Shown here piece after piece: positions 63,031 through 64,000 of a stretch of DNA of 64,000 bases. The stretch covers positions 2,294,001 through 2,358,000 of the forward strand of contig MU054212.1 of assembly GCA_013239625.1 (NCBI GenBank). The letters are read 5' to 3'. This DNA is from Lama guanicoe (lineage: Eukaryota). The position numbers and the translations under genes are program-made. Each line of letters opens with the position of its first letter. Position 1 is the first letter of the stretch. The notes under the pieces were generated by a model. That model was not told the origin of the DNA. It worked only from the letters and a program-made list of their open reading frames with translations, and ran no database searches.

Positions 63031-63978
63031 TGAAGAAACATAATAATACATAACGCTAGTTCAAAACAACGGCTGGGAATAGGGAATTGACGGCGAAGGG
63101 ATAAATACCAGCAATGAGGGAACTAAATATCATTAAAATGCACAATAGTTAATAACAATGAAGCTGAAGTCTTGAAGCAATTAATAAATTAATAAACAAT
63201 AACACAAAGTATAAAATGACTCAAGAAAACAGTGAAGTTATGAACATGACCATTTAGTGAGAGAAGGGCAGGGGTTCACTGGAGGAGAGAGAGGGGAGGA
63301 TGATTCAGCCGGATCACAGAAGTGCATGTTTCAGGTTCTGAGCTGCTAAAAGAGAAGAGAGGGGGGACAGATTCTAAACATTTACAAGCCAATGGATAGA
63401 AAAGCAGTTTCTGTGGCGAATGTTGCTCTCTGCCGTCCTGATGCAGCTGCCATCCCCAGGGCTATTCACCTACCACCATCATAAAATTATTTCAAGAACT
63501 GATGACCCAGACTGTGTAGATAATGGTGTGCACTATGCTAGGCTTCATACTAAAGGTCATTTCTGCAAGTAGCCACTAGGGAATTATTCTAAAAATGTAT
63601 GTCTTGAACCAGATTGGAGACCACACTCTTAGATTCAGCTTCTTCTCAGCTCCCAAGCCCCACTCTCAACCTTAACACATCTTTTTGAGTGGTTCTAACA
63701 GTCAGTAGGAATCCCCCAGGCCAGATGGAGGATCCCCAATGGCTATATCCACTCTCATCGGTCATGACCTCAGGGCACAGACCTAAAATTCTTGGTCATT
63801 ATGAGAGCTCCTCACACTCAGAACAGCATCCACCCACCTATGTGATTTGTTTTCAATATTTCTCCTCTGGAAACATAATTATGGTAATTAGGAGCACACT
63901 TCTTTTCCAAAGTATAGGTCAAGCCTTCTATTCTCTAAGTTCAAAGAATATTCTCTACTCCACGGAGCACCTCCAAAG

Positions 63979-64000
63979 CAAAAACAAAACAAAACAAAAC
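63979..64000. repeat. (CAAAA)n simple repeat running off the window end
   Basis: Read directly from the sequence. Confidence 0.9.

Noticed and set aside
1..64000. Prokaryotic-type systems (operons, CRISPR arrays, defence islands), tRNA/rRNA genes, processed pseudogenes
   Set aside because: The sequence is mammalian and repeat-rich, with no long ORFs, no regularly spaced repeats, and no RNA-gene or retrocopy signature that I could recognise.

Overview
This is 64 kb of non-coding mammalian (eutherian) genomic DNA, either intergenic or deep intronic. I found no recognisable protein-coding exon, rRNA, tRNA, known ncRNA or CRISPR array. The only ORFs with recognisable homology are decayed retroelement fragments (L1 ORF1/ORF2 and an ERVL gag remnant). 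Roughly a third of the window is recognisable old interspersed repeat: L1M-class LINEs, L2, MIR, CR1/L3, ERVL/MaLR LTRs and hAT/mariner MITEs. Family names come from my memory of consensus sequences, boundaries are approximate, and RepeatMasker is needed to confirm them. I saw no Alu, B1, Bov-tA/BovB, PRE-1, CHR-2, Can-SINE or ERE SINE. Together with a short cetartiodactyl-type L1 3' end at about 30.4 kb, this points tentatively to a camelid-like genome. Two repeat-poor tracts (about 4.2-12.2 kb and 35-42.5 kb) carry clustered TALE/homeodomain and FOX:ETS motifs, as in an enhancer landscape. The best leads are an 18-bp hairpin with a competing alternative stem at 59.9 kb, and a GC-box/TATA/Kozak/74-codon ORF/AATAAA arrangement at 17.3-17.8 kb. 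Both are hypotheses. I found no evidence strong enough to claim a new biological system.
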